Shown in pieces: positions 17,578-27,206 of a stretch of 64,000 bases of DNA. The position numbers and the translations under genes are program-made. This DNA is from Thermodesulfobacteriota bacterium (GTDB lineage Bacteria > Desulfobacterota > Binatia > Bin18): assembly GCA_964291405.2 (NCBI GenBank), contig OZ219926.1:2560001-2624000 (forward strand), read 5' to 3'. Below the pieces are notes generated by a model, which ran no database searches, had not been told where the DNA came from, and saw nothing but the letters and a program-made list of their open reading frames with translations. Numbering within the stretch: the stretch's first letter is position 1; every line of letters starts with the position of its first letter.

Positions 17578-19860
17578 CTACGCCCCGTTCTTCTCCAGAA
17601 TCGCCTTGGCGACTTTGGCTGGAGACATGGGAAGCTCGGTCATCCGTACCCCGGTTGCCTGGTAAATGGCATTGGCAATCGCAGCGGGTGGCGGGATGAT
17701 CGGTACCTCGCCGACGCCACGAATGCCGATGGGATGACCGGGATTGGCCACCTCGACCAGAATGGTTTCGATCATGGGCAGGTCGAGACAGGTGGGCATG
17801 CGATAATCGAGAAAACCGGTATTCCGCATCGTCCCATCTTCAGCGTAGAAATACTCTTCGTTGAGTGCCCAGCCGACCCCCTGGGCCACCCCGCCCTGAA
17901 TCTGCCCCTCGACATAGCTGGGATGGACGGCCTTGCCGACATCCTGGGCGGCAGTATAGCGGAGAATATCGACTTTCCCGGTCTCGGGATCGACTTCCAC
18001 ATCAACCACGTGAGCGGCAAAGGCCGGTCCCACCCCACGCGGCCGAACGGACGCACGGCCCATAACCGGACCACCGGCGCGGGGAAATTTGGGAGCGATT
18101 TCCTTCAAGCTCAGGGATTCGTGGCCATTGCTCAGACAGGAGAGCACCCCGTCCTGGTAGGAGACGTCTTCCGGCTTGACTTTCCAGACTGTGGCGGCCC
18201 GCTGCTTCAGTTGTCCGACGGCATCTTGGGCGGCTTCATACACGGCCAGACCGGTGGCGAAGGTCACCCGACTGCCGCCGGTCGTATCGGTATGGCCAAT
18301 AGACTCCGTGTCTGCGACAACCGGGTGCATGTCTTCCGCCCGGAGGCCCAGGACCTCGGCCGCAATCATGGCGCACGAGGCCCGGCTACCACCGATATCG
18401 GGCGAGCCCGTCACCACATTGGCGGTACCATCGGTGTTAATGCTCACCGTGGCGCTCGACTGAAACGCGGCATTAAACCAGAAGCCGGTTGCCACTCCCC
18501 GCCCGCGGAGTTTTCCGTTTGCACTCTGGGGCGGTGGCGACTGATAGTGCTCACTGTTGTGAATGGCCTCAACCGTTTCGAGATAACCTATCCGTTTGAA
18601 TTGAGGCCCGGCGGGTTGGGCCGTTCCTTCCTTGGCGCCGTTGATGCGGCGTATTTCAAGCGGATCAAGCCCCAGCTTCTCCGCCAGTTCGTCAAGAATC
18701 GTTTCAGCCGCCAGAGCCGGGTTGGTGGCACCGGGAGCGCGATAGGCACACGTCTTGGGCTTGTTCAGCACGACATCGTAGCCGTCGATCTGAAAATTTT
18801 CCAAGTCGTACGGAGCCAGAACGGTCATACAACCCGCTGCCACTGGTGAACCGGGAAAGGCACCCGCTTCAAACAGGAGCTGGAGTTCGGCTGCCGTGAT
18901 TTTGCCCTCAAGGTTGACGCCGATCTTGGCACGAATATGCGAGCCTGGCGTTGGGCCTGTCGCGCGCAGCACCTCGCTCCGAGACATGACCATTTTCACC
19001 GGGCGGCCAGTCAGTTTGGACATGAGCAGGGCCACCGGTTCCAAATACACCGTGGTCTTGCCGCCAAAGCCGCCGCCGATCTCGGCCGGCACAACCTTGA
19101 TATCCCCGCGGTTCATTTGCAGCATCGTGCCGCACAACTCGCGTACGGCAAACGGCCCCTGGGTGCTGACCCAGACCGTTGCCTTGCCGTCCTGGTTATA
19201 CTGCGCCACCGCGTTATGGGGCTCGATATAGCCCTGATGGACCATGGTGGTTGCAAACTCGCGGTCAATCACGATCTCGGCCGCGGCAAACCCGGCAGCG
19301 AGGTCGCCTCGCGAGAACTGGATATGGTTGGCGATATTGGTTTCTTTATCATCCCCGGCATCGACGCCGGCGGTCCGCAGGTCCGGGTGGAGGATCACCG
19401 CGTCGTCCCGCATGGCTTCCCGCACGTTTTGGACAAAGGGCAGCGGCTCGTACTCTACTCTGATGAGCTTGAGCGCTTCCTCGGCAACGTGGGGACTGGT
19501 CGCCGCCACGGCCGCGACTGCATGGCCGTCGTACAGGACTTTGCCGCGGGCCATAATATTCGTAGCCAGGTGACGTGGGTTGACAAAGTTCTCGCCGACT
19601 TGCAGCATCCCCGGTTCAATCTCGGGAAAGTCCGCCCCGGTAATGACCGCTTTAACACCTGGCAGGGCTTGTGCCTCGGCGGTCTCGATTGATTTGATCC
19701 GCGCATGGGGATGTGGACTGCGCAACACTTTCCCGTGCAGGAGGCCCGGCAGGGTAATATCCGCTCCATAGCGGGCGCGTCCCGTGACTTTATCGACGCC
19801 GTCGTGCCGAATGGGACGGGTGCCAATCACCTTGAACTGATGCTCGTGCTGGGCTTCCAT
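17578..19860 (-). CDS. Xanthine dehydrogenase family molybdopterin-binding subunit (paralog 2)
   Basis: DKVTGRARY, HQGYIEPH, IGGGFGGK, AYRAPG, VEGQIQGG, GVGEVP; RBS GGAGG before the ATG at 19860. Confidence 0.93.
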   Translation of the reverse strand: MEAQHEHQFKVIGTRPIRHDGVDKVTGRARYGADITLPGLLHGKVLRSPHPHARIKSIETAEAQALPGVKAVITGADFPEIEPGMLQVGENFVNPRHLATNIMARGKVLYDGHAVAAVAATSPHVAEEALKLIRVEYEPLPFVQNVREAMRDDAVILHPDLRTAGVDAGDDKETNIANHIQFSRGDLAAGFAAAEIVIDREFATTMVHQGYIEPHNAVAQYNQDGKATVWVSTQGPFAVRELCGTMLQMNRGDIKVVPAEIGGGFGGKTTVYLEPVALLMSKLTGRPVKMVMSRSEVLRATGPTPGSHIRAKIGVNLEGKITAAELQLLFEAGAFPGSPVAAGCMTVLAPYDLENFQIDGYDVVLNKPKTCAYRAPGATNPALAAETILDELAEKLGLDPLEIRRINGAKEGTAQPAGPQFKRIGYLETVEAIHNSEHYQSPPPQSANGKLRGRGVATGFWFNAAFQSSATVSINTDGTANVVTGSPDIGGSRASCAMIAAEVLGLRAEDMHPVVADTESIGHTDTTGGSRVTFATGLAVYEAAQDAVGQLKQRAATVWKVKPEDVSYQDGVLSCLSNGHESLSLKEIAPKFPRAGGPVMGRASVRPRGVGPAFAAHVVDVEVDPETGKVDILRYTAAQDVGKAVHPSYVEGQIQGGVAQGVGWALNEEYFYAEDGTMRNTGFLDYRMPTCLDLPMIETILVEVANPGHPIGIRGVGEVPIIPPPAAIANAIYQATGVRMTELPMSPAKVAKAILEKNGA

Positions 19861-19877
19861 ATCCACCTCCCGTACAC

Positions 19878-19911
19878 AAAAACGGGGAAGAGCTGACCAC
19901 CCTTCCCCGTT
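19878..19911 (-). terminator. Rho-independent terminator-like hairpin
   Basis: Minus strand AACGGGGAAG-N11-CTTCCCCGTT running into a T tract, downstream of moaD. Confidence 0.7.
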
Positions 19912-19933
19912 CGAGAGTTATCGTAATAGCGGT

Positions 19934-20197
19934 TTACCCGCCTCCAATGGCTGGCACAAAATGGACTTCGCCTCCGTCTGGAACCGATTCGGTCAGCCCT
20001 TCCGTCCCGATCTCTCCGTTGATCGAAACCGCGATAGAGCCAACCAAATCGCCGTCCTCGACCACGCGACTCCGAAAGCCGGGGAACTGGCGTTCAAGGT
20101 CTTCGACTATTTCCCCCACCGTTTTCCCGGTGACAATCGTGCGGTCTTTACCACCGGTTAATTTACGCAGGAGTGAAGGGATATAGACAGTTGTCAT
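19934..20197 (-). CDS. moaD: MoaD/ThiS-family sulfur carrier
   Basis: TVYIPSLLRKLTGG...HFVPAIGGG, ubiquitin-like fold with C-terminal GG. Confidence 0.85.
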   Translation of the reverse strand: MTTVYIPSLLRKLTGGKDRTIVTGKTVGEIVEDLERQFPGFRSRVVEDGDLVGSIAVSINGEIGTEGLTESVPDGGEVHFVPAIGGG

Positions 20198-20201
20198 TTG
20201 C

Positions 20202-20280
20202 TTGGGGATTGGGGAGCGGGTGTTGGGGATTAGGGAGTTGCGGTCTTCCCAACCCCCAGTCCCCAATCCCTGATCCCCCC
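20202..20280. repeat. Opposed heptamer tandem arrays (STRR-like)
   Basis: TTGGGGA/TTAGGGA units followed by complementary TCCCAAC, CCCCAGT, CCCCAAT, CCCTGAT units. Confidence 0.75.
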
Positions 20281-20281
20281 A

Positions 20282-22552
20282 TTATCCGTTTTTCTCCAGG
20301 ATCGCCTTGGTCACGCGTGGGGGTGACATCGGCAGGTCCAACATGCGCACGCCGGTTGCGTTATAGATCGCGTTGGCGATGGCCGCCGGCGGAGGAACAA
20401 TTGGCACTTCGCCCACACCGCGCACACCCACCGGATGGCCGGGGTTCGGGACTTCAACCAAGACGGTTTCAATCATGGGCAGATCCAGACAGGTCGGCAT
20501 CCGATAATCCAGGAAGCCGGTGTTCTGCATACGTCCGTCCTCGCCATAGACGTATTCCTCGTTCAGCGCCCAGCCGACCCCTTGGGCTACGCCGCCTTGC
20601 ATCTGACCTTCCACGTAGCTGGGATGGACGGCCTTTCCGACGTCCTGGACAGCCGTGTAGCGCAGCACGTCCACTTTGCCGGTTTCCTCGTCCACAGCCA
20701 CGTCAACCACATGGGTTGCAAAGCCTGGCCCCACACCGCGTGGGTTGACGGACGCCCGACCCGCAACCGGCCCGCCGGTCCGTGGCAGTTTGCCGGCGAG
20801 TTCCTTGAGGGTCATGGATTCGTTACCGTTCTCAGTACAGGTGAAGACACCGTCCTGAAACGCAACCTTATCCGCGTCCACCTTCCAGGATTTGGCCGCC
20901 CGCTCCTTGAGTTGATTCAGCACGTCTTGAGCGGCTTCATACACGGCCGTCCCCGTGGCGAAGGTCACCCGGCTGCCGCCGGTCATATCCGTATGGCCAA
21001 TGGACTCGGTATCGGCCACGACCGGGTGGACTTCTTCTGCCTTAAGGCAGAGTACCTCGGCGGCAATCATGGCGCAGGACGCCCGCGTGCCACCAATATC
21101 GGTTGAACCGGTCACCACATTGGCGGTGCCGTCAGTGTTAATAGCGACGGTCGCGCTGGACTGAAAACCGGCGTTAAACCAGAAGCCCGAGGCCAAGCCC
21201 CGCCCGACCTGGCGGCCTTCGACCTGAGGCAGCTCGGACTTGAAATGGTCGCTGTCCTTGGCGGCTTCGAGCGTTTCGAGAAAGCCGATCTGGCCAAACT
21301 TTGGGCCCGCGGGCTGCGCCGTGCCCTCTTTAGCACCGTTGATGCGACGGAACTCCAGGGGATCAATCCCCAGCTTTTCGGCGAGTTCATCGATCACCGT
21401 CTCGGAACCCATGGCCGCGTTGGTTGCACCCGGAGCCCGGTAGGCCGCAGTCTTGGGCTTGTTGACCAACACGTCGTAGCCGTCGATTTGGAGATTCTCG
21501 ATGTCATACGGAGCAATAACGCACATACAGCCCGCGCCAACCGGGGAGCCCGGAAAGCCACCGGCCTCATAGGCCATCCAGACCTCGGCAGCCGTAATCT
21601 TGCCGTCCTTGTCCGCCCCCATCTTCACCTTGATATGTGAACCAGGGGTCGGTCCAGTGGCCTTGAGCACATCGGCGCGTCTCATGACCATTTTGACCGG
21701 CTTGCCCGTCTGCTTTGACAGCACCAGCGCAATCGGCTCGTAATAAATGGGAATCTTGCCCCCAAAACCGCCTCCGATTTCCGCAGGAATCACCTTGATC
21801 TTGCTCGGCGGCATGTCGAGCATAAAAGCCGTTTGATCCCGGGCCGTAAACGCGCCCTGGGTACTCACCCAGATCGTGCTCTGCCCGTCCGAACTGTACT
21901 GGGCCACGGCGTTGTGCGGCTCGATATAGCCCTGGTGAACCATGGACGTGTCAAACTCACGCTCAATGACCACCTCGGCGGCGGCAAAGCCCTCGGCCAG
22001 GTCACCGCGCGCGAACTGGATATGGTTGGCGACGTTCGTATCCGTGGGCTCCCCATCGTCACCCTTGCCCAAGCCGGGGATCAGGATCGGGGCCTTATCG
22101 TCCATGGCCTCAACCACGTTCTGTACGTGGGGCAGGACTTCATAGTCAACCTTGATCAGCTTTGTGGCTTCCTCGGCGATATGCGGGCTGGTGGCTGCGA
22201 CGGCGGCCACCACATGTCCGTCGTACAGGACCTTGTCCCGGGCCATACAGTTTAGGGATATATGCTGCGGGTTGATCGGCAGTTCTCCCATTGCCGCCAT
22301 ACCGGGGCCGATTTCCGGGAAGTCCTTGGCCGTGACGACCGCTTTCACCCCGGGCAGAGCCTCGGCCGCCGAGGTGTCGATCGATTTGATTCTGGCATGA
22401 GCGTGCGGGCTGCACAGAACCTTACCGTGCAAGAGGCCAGCCAGACTGATATCGGCGCCATACTGCGCCCGACCGGTGACTTTATCGGCCCCATCGTGCC
22501 GAATCGGACGCGTCCCGATGACTTTGAATTTATGTTCTTGTTGGGCAGCCAT
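20282..22552 (-). CDS. Xanthine dehydrogenase family molybdopterin-binding subunit (paralog 1)
   Basis: Same motifs as paralog 2, including AYRAPG; collinear and highly similar to it. Confidence 0.93.
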   Translation of the reverse strand: MAAQQEHKFKVIGTRPIRHDGADKVTGRAQYGADISLAGLLHGKVLCSPHAHARIKSIDTSAAEALPGVKAVVTAKDFPEIGPGMAAMGELPINPQHISLNCMARDKVLYDGHVVAAVAATSPHIAEEATKLIKVDYEVLPHVQNVVEAMDDKAPILIPGLGKGDDGEPTDTNVANHIQFARGDLAEGFAAAEVVIEREFDTSMVHQGYIEPHNAVAQYSSDGQSTIWVSTQGAFTARDQTAFMLDMPPSKIKVIPAEIGGGFGGKIPIYYEPIALVLSKQTGKPVKMVMRRADVLKATGPTPGSHIKVKMGADKDGKITAAEVWMAYEAGGFPGSPVGAGCMCVIAPYDIENLQIDGYDVLVNKPKTAAYRAPGATNAAMGSETVIDELAEKLGIDPLEFRRINGAKEGTAQPAGPKFGQIGFLETLEAAKDSDHFKSELPQVEGRQVGRGLASGFWFNAGFQSSATVAINTDGTANVVTGSTDIGGTRASCAMIAAEVLCLKAEEVHPVVADTESIGHTDMTGGSRVTFATGTAVYEAAQDVLNQLKERAAKSWKVDADKVAFQDGVFTCTENGNESMTLKELAGKLPRTGGPVAGRASVNPRGVGPGFATHVVDVAVDEETGKVDVLRYTAVQDVGKAVHPSYVEGQMQGGVAQGVGWALNEEYVYGEDGRMQNTGFLDYRMPTCLDLPMIETVLVEVPNPGHPVGVRGVGEVPIVPPPAAIANAIYNATGVRMLDLPMSPPRVTKAILEKNG

Positions 22553-22554
22553 GT

Positions 22555-23031
22555 TTACCTCCCTTGCAGTTCAGCGGCGGCGTCTTGGACCGCTCTCACG
22601 ATCTTGTCATAGCCCGTGCAGCGGCAGAGATTGCCAGCCAGGGCGTAGCGAATTTCATGCTCAGTAGGGTTGGGGTTCCGGTCCAACAGCGCTTTGGATG
22701 TGACTAAAAAGCCGGGGGTGCAGATCCCGCACTGGAGGGCGGCATGCTCCAGGAATTTCTTCTGGAGCGGATGCAGGCTATCCCCGTCGGCCAAGCCTTC
22801 GACCGTGGTGATATCTTTGCCCTCGGCCTCAACCCCGAGCACGAGACAGGAGTCTGTGGGCCGTCCATCCAGAATGACGCTGCACGCGCCACAGTCGCCC
22901 GTCAGGCAGCCTTCTTTCGTGCCGGTATAGCCCACGACATCACGCAGCACTTCAAGCAGGCTCTGGCGCGGTTCACACAGGAACTCGGTCTCTTCCCCAT
23001 TAATGGTTGTTTGCACATGTACTTTCTTCAT
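22555..23031 (-). CDS. (2Fe-2S)-binding small subunit (CoxS/CutS family)
   Basis: GTKEGCLTGDCGAC, QCGICTPG, GNLCRCTGY. Confidence 0.95.
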   Translation of the reverse strand: MKKVHVQTTINGEETEFLCEPRQSLLEVLRDVVGYTGTKEGCLTGDCGACSVILDGRPTDSCLVLGVEAEGKDITTVEGLADGDSLHPLQKKFLEHAALQCGICTPGFLVTSKALLDRNPNPTEHEIRYALAGNLCRCTGYDKIVRAVQDAAAELQGR

Positions 23032-23054
23032 GTTTTTCCTGCCTTCCCAATAAC

Positions 23055-23924
23055 CTAGCGTGCCCGCGCCCGCGCGGCTGCTTCCTTCAAAGTGCGGCGG
23101 GTGAGAACACCGACCAGATGCGTCCGAAATTCTGCCGTGCCGCGCATATCACTAATGGGCGAGGCGGCTTGCTGAGCGAGCTGTGCCGCTGCATCGATAG
23201 CGGCGTCATCCAGCGTTTTCCCGACGAGAGAATCACCTGCTTCTTTGGCTAGAAGTGGCCGGGCGGCCACCGCGCCAAGACCGATACGGGCCGCGGTGCA
23301 GGTATCGCCATCAAGCGCCACGCACGAGCCCACGCCAACCACCGCGATATCCATCTCGTTCCGAGGGATAAAACGTTGGTAACAGTCAGACGCCTGCCCT
23401 TGCAGGGCGGGAATCTGGAATGCCACCAGTAACTCGTTCGGTGCGAGGACCGTTTGTCCGGGAGCGGTCACAAAATCTTCAACCGCCACCTCACGCGTGC
23501 CGTTGGGTCCAGCGATCTGACAGACCGCGCCCAAGGCAATCAGAGCCGGCGTCGTATCTGCGGCGGGGGAGCCGTTACACACATTCCCGCCCACCGAGGC
23601 CCGCGCCAGGATCTGATCGGAGCCGATCAGCGCGGCAGCCTCAGCCAGCCCCGGATAGTGCTGCTGCACCGTCGCGTCGGCAATAATCTCGCAGCACGCG
23701 CGCGCGGCTCCGAGTTGGAGCCCGCCTTGTGCATCAAAAGACAAGGCTTGGAGTTCTGGGATCTTTTTGGCGTCAATCACCTGTCCCGGTTGTCGTACAC
23801 CGGCACGCATCTGGATAATCAGATCCGTACCTCCTGCCAGCATACGCCCATTTTCGCCCGCCGCCGCCAAAACACTAATGGCCTGATCGAGCGAAGTCGG
23901 CGCTTCATAATTCAGTTCGTGCAA
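23055..23924 (-). CDS. FAD-binding medium subunit (CoxM/CutM family)
   Basis: LAGGTDL, ASVGGNVCNGSPAADT, PISDMRGTAEFR; GTG start with RBS AGGAGG. Confidence 0.93.
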   Translation of the reverse strand: MHELNYEAPTSLDQAISVLAAAGENGRMLAGGTDLIIQMRAGVRQPGQVIDAKKIPELQALSFDAQGGLQLGAARACCEIIADATVQQHYPGLAEAAALIGSDQILARASVGGNVCNGSPAADTTPALIALGAVCQIAGPNGTREVAVEDFVTAPGQTVLAPNELLVAFQIPALQGQASDCYQRFIPRNEMDIAVVGVGSCVALDGDTCTAARIGLGAVAARPLLAKEAGDSLVGKTLDDAAIDAAAQLAQQAASPISDMRGTAEFRTHLVGVLTRRTLKEAAARARAR

Positions 23925-24038
23925 GGTCGCCTCCTTTTTGATTTTGATTCGTCTTCCGTCGTCTTCCTGCCCCTTCGCAGGCTCCTAGATTGCTATATAA
24001 AAGCGCCAGGAAGTGCAAGGGTTCCCGAACATTCCGTC

Positions 24039-24638
24039 TTATATTTTTCGTGCGCCAACCCACCGAGCGTACTCCCGAGGCGTATCAATATCGGCGCGAA
24101 TACCGGGATCGTCGAGCGCAAGCTCGCGCACCCGCTCCGGGTCTTTACGGACAACCACCTTGGCCCCTTTATCCAGCGGGGCCGCCAGAAGCTCTCCGTA
24201 GACACCCTTTGAGAACAGCACCGGATGGCCGCGACGGCCCTGGTAGGACGCAATAATAATGGGCAGGGGATCGGTCGCAAACGACACCAGGAGGGCCTGT
24301 ATGGTCTCGGCTTGGATAAGAGGATGATCAACCAGATTGACCACGGCGGCCTCGCTCTCGGACGACAGGGTCTGAATCCCTACTTGCAGAGAAGAGAGTT
24401 GGCCCAGTCGGTAGTGCGGGTTTACCACAGTCCGAAGAGCGGGATGTTTCGGGACGACCGCCCGAATCGGTTCTTCGTGCTCATGCGCTCCGAGTACGAC
24501 GATGAGTTCATCGACTCGGGCGGTCAAAAAGCTCGTACAAATATTTTCAATAAAGGTTCGCCCCTGGTAGTCGAGCAGCGCTTTGGGCGATCCCATCCGC
24601 CGGGACTCACCGGCGGCCAGGATAATTCCGGAAATCAT
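24039..24638 (-). CDS. mocA: Molybdenum cofactor cytidylyltransferase (MocA-like)
   Basis: ILAAGESRRMGSPKALL, LVDHP, GHPVLF, DIDTP; sits in a Mo-hydroxylase cluster. Confidence 0.8.
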   Translation of the reverse strand: MISGIILAAGESRRMGSPKALLDYQGRTFIENICTSFLTARVDELIVVLGAHEHEEPIRAVVPKHPALRTVVNPHYRLGQLSSLQVGIQTLSSESEAAVVNLVDHPLIQAETIQALLVSFATDPLPIIIASYQGRRGHPVLFSKGVYGELLAAPLDKGAKVVVRKDPERVRELALDDPGIRADIDTPREYARWVGARKI

Positions 24639-24666
24639 ACCGCGTGTTCGTTGAGAGCAAGAGCGA

Positions 24667-25828
24667 CTACGGAGTAAATTTGAGGGGTCCGTCGGGCCGG
24701 ACCTTGGCGGCCAGTGAAAGTGTATCGGCCGGGCCCTTGCGCCGGGCACGAACGATCTCGGCGGTAATGGCGACGGCAATCTCCGCCGGCGTTTCCGCCG
24801 CAATATCAAGCCCTAACGGCGTATGCACGCGGGCGACCGCCTCCGAGCTATAGCCCTGTTCAACCAGGCGTTCGAGCGTTCTTTTTGAGCGCCGCCGACT
24901 GCCGATCATACCAATATAGGCCGGATTCTTCTTGAGAGCTGTCTTGACCGAGGTCTCGTCCCACACATGACCGCGGGTGACCACAACGACAAAGGTCTGC
25001 TGGTTGATATGCAGGCTGTTCAGGACCTCCTCAAACGGTCCGACCCGCACCTCGGCGGCGCGAGGAAACCGCTCCCGATTGGCAAAGGCCCAGCGATCAT
25101 CCACCACAACCGTATGGAAGCCGAGCATGGCCCCTATCTCGCACAGCGGCTGCGCAATATGGCCGGCACCCACAATGAGCAAGGTCTGCACCCCGGTCTG
25201 CACGTCAACGAAAACACGCGGCCAATCCTCTTTTCGGACCACCGCGTCTTCCCGGACCTCACCCTGCGGCGACACGGCAAACAGTTGGGGTTTGCCGGAA
25301 GAGACAGATGAGGAAAATGTCTCGACCGTTTCTGCTGCGATGGAGACGGTCCGGCGTCAGCGACGCCCCGCCGTTTCCATCCTGGCCAAGAGACAGGCAG
25401 CTCTTTGTGCCGGGTTGGACTCCGCTGAGCGGGTCGAGCGCCGTGACCAGAGCCGCGGGCTGGTGAGCGCGTGTGGCCTCGGCCAAGGTATGCGCCAATT
25501 CCCGGTGTTCCTCCGGCTGCCAGAGGTCAAGCGCGACATCCATCACGCCACCACAGACCTGGATCTCGTCCTGATCAAAGTCGCCGGTTAAATCGACCTG
25601 AACAATGCGTGGGGGGAGTTTTTGGTCCAGAACCGGATAGGCCCGGCGGAGCACTTCTCCTTCGCCGCAGCCCCCGCCAATAGTCCCAAACGGCTGGCCT
25701 TCGGGTGGCACAACCATTTTCGCCCCGACCTCACGCGGTACGGAGCCACGCGTGCGGATAATGGTCGCCAACACAAAGGGCTTGCCAGCCGCCAAAATTT
25801 CTTCTGCACGTTCCCAGAGATCTTCCAC
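24667..25828 (-). pseudogene. xdhC: XdhC/CoxI-family Moco chaperone split by a frameshift near 25350
   Basis: 5' ORF has GSVPREVGAKM, GTIGGGCGE and CGG; 3' ORF has GAGHIA, VTRGH, YIGMIGSRR and AETPAEIA; one-base register shift after ...SLTPD. Confidence 0.8.
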
Positions 25829-25869
25829 GTCACGAATCCTATCTGAACAGTTGGAGGGGGGGAAAGCAA

Positions 25870-26141
25870 TGGAATACTGTCCGTTTTACGAGGTTATTGG
25901 AAGCGGGGCATAATCTGTTGGGCACGACTTTGTTCTGGATGGTTTCGTAGAACGGTTGCGATCACTGGAAAGTGCCGAGATCAAGACTATTGTTACTGAA
26001 GCAGAAATTTTATTTAAACCCGGGAAGTGGGGAACAAATAGAGACATGGTTGAATCAATGTGTTGACCGTGCCGGAAATATGACCCTTGCACTGACGGAT
26101 ATACTGAAATGAAAACGAGCTACACATATACGGTTCTTCGA
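25870..26141 (+). pseudogene. Degraded remnant: 3' end of an unknown gene coupled to the first 11 codons of a DUF3037-like gene
   Basis: A+T-rich patch; ...VDRAGNMTLALTDILK* overlaps (ATGA, 26109-26112) MKTSYTYTVLR, which resembles DUF3037 N-termini. Confidence 0.5.
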
Positions 26142-27113
26142 AGGTCTGCAATACCTGAGCCGGGTCGCCGGTCAGCGGTCCAAGAAAAATTTTCTTGACC
26201 CCAGCCTCGGCAGCGCGCCCGACCTGATCGAGACAGTCTTGCGGTGTCCCAACGATGGCGAAGCGTTCGGCCAAATAGTCCTTCAGCCCCAGTTCATCAA
26301 CTATCTTGGCGTGGAACCGTTCAGCGCCGAGCAATTCGTGTTCATGCGGCCGGTAGGCGGCTTTGAGTTTTTCAATCGGCTCCCACAGTTCAGCAGGAAT
26401 ATGCTTGCCCTCTAAGGTTCGCCGAAAGGCATGGTTCGCACTCGCGGCCAGGGCCATGCGGATCTCATCCACTGCGGCCTGAGTGGTCTCAGCCACATTG
26501 GTTTTGGCAAAAAACCAGATATCCAAGTCGTCAAGTTTCCGCCCGGCAGCCTTAGCTCCAGCCTCGATACGCGCATAGGCGTCCTGCACAACCGTGGGGC
26601 TCAGTCCGCTGCCCACAATCACCCCATCGGCTAACTCACCCGCAGGGTCTTCGGCCCCTCGGCACAGACGTATAGAGGAACCGGTCTTTTCACCCAGACT
26701 TGGCGAACGGTTTTGCCTTGGAAGCGGGTTTCGCCGGCATAAAATCCTTTGATCGCCTCGAGCGCTTCACGAAACTCGGCGAGTCTGGCGGCCTTGAGAC
26801 CCACGTTATACACGGCACTGTCACCCGTCCCAATGCCAAGAAAAGCGCGGCCGTCCGACAGCTCGTTGATCGAGGCAATGGCCCCTGCCGTGACCGCGGG
26901 ATGGCGGGTCAGGGGATTGGTCACAAACGTTCCCATCCGCAGCCGCTGACTGTTCAGCGCACACTGGGTCAAGGTCACATAGCAGTCCGGCCACAGCCAA
27001 TGCGCGTCTGGCACGCCTACCATCTCAAAGCCCCAGTCTTCAATCTGGTGCACCAGCCCCGGCAAGTCAGGATAGCGGTGCGCAAGGGGAATGGTTGCGA
27101 ATTGGACGCTCAT
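26130..27113 (-). pseudogene. LLM-class oxidoreductase, frameshifted at ~26640 and 3'-truncated
   Basis: GPKTLR and GELADGVIVG are in different frames, with the expected intervening residues missing; the C-terminus runs into foreign A+T-rich sequence. Confidence 0.8.
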
Positions 27114-27206
27114 CGGCTTTCTCCTTCCCAGTGTATCCTCATCCTAGCTTCTTCAGTTCAAGAGCACCATTGCCGCGGGTTTCCGCCTGACTTATGCTGC
27201 GTTCTC

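Noticed and set aside
17734-22612. Long plus-strand ORFs such as 17734-18849, 18937-19692 and 20435-21106
   Set aside because: They are antisense shadows of the GC-rich Mo-subunit genes and show no motifs.
17578-23924. Aerobic CO dehydrogenase (coxMSL)
   Set aside because: Both large subunits have AYRAPG, not AYxCSFR or AYRGAGR.
26700-27206. N-terminal 169 aa of the 521-aa ORF
   Set aside because: Mostly antisense to the LLM pseudogene; ligase similarity starts at about 27207.
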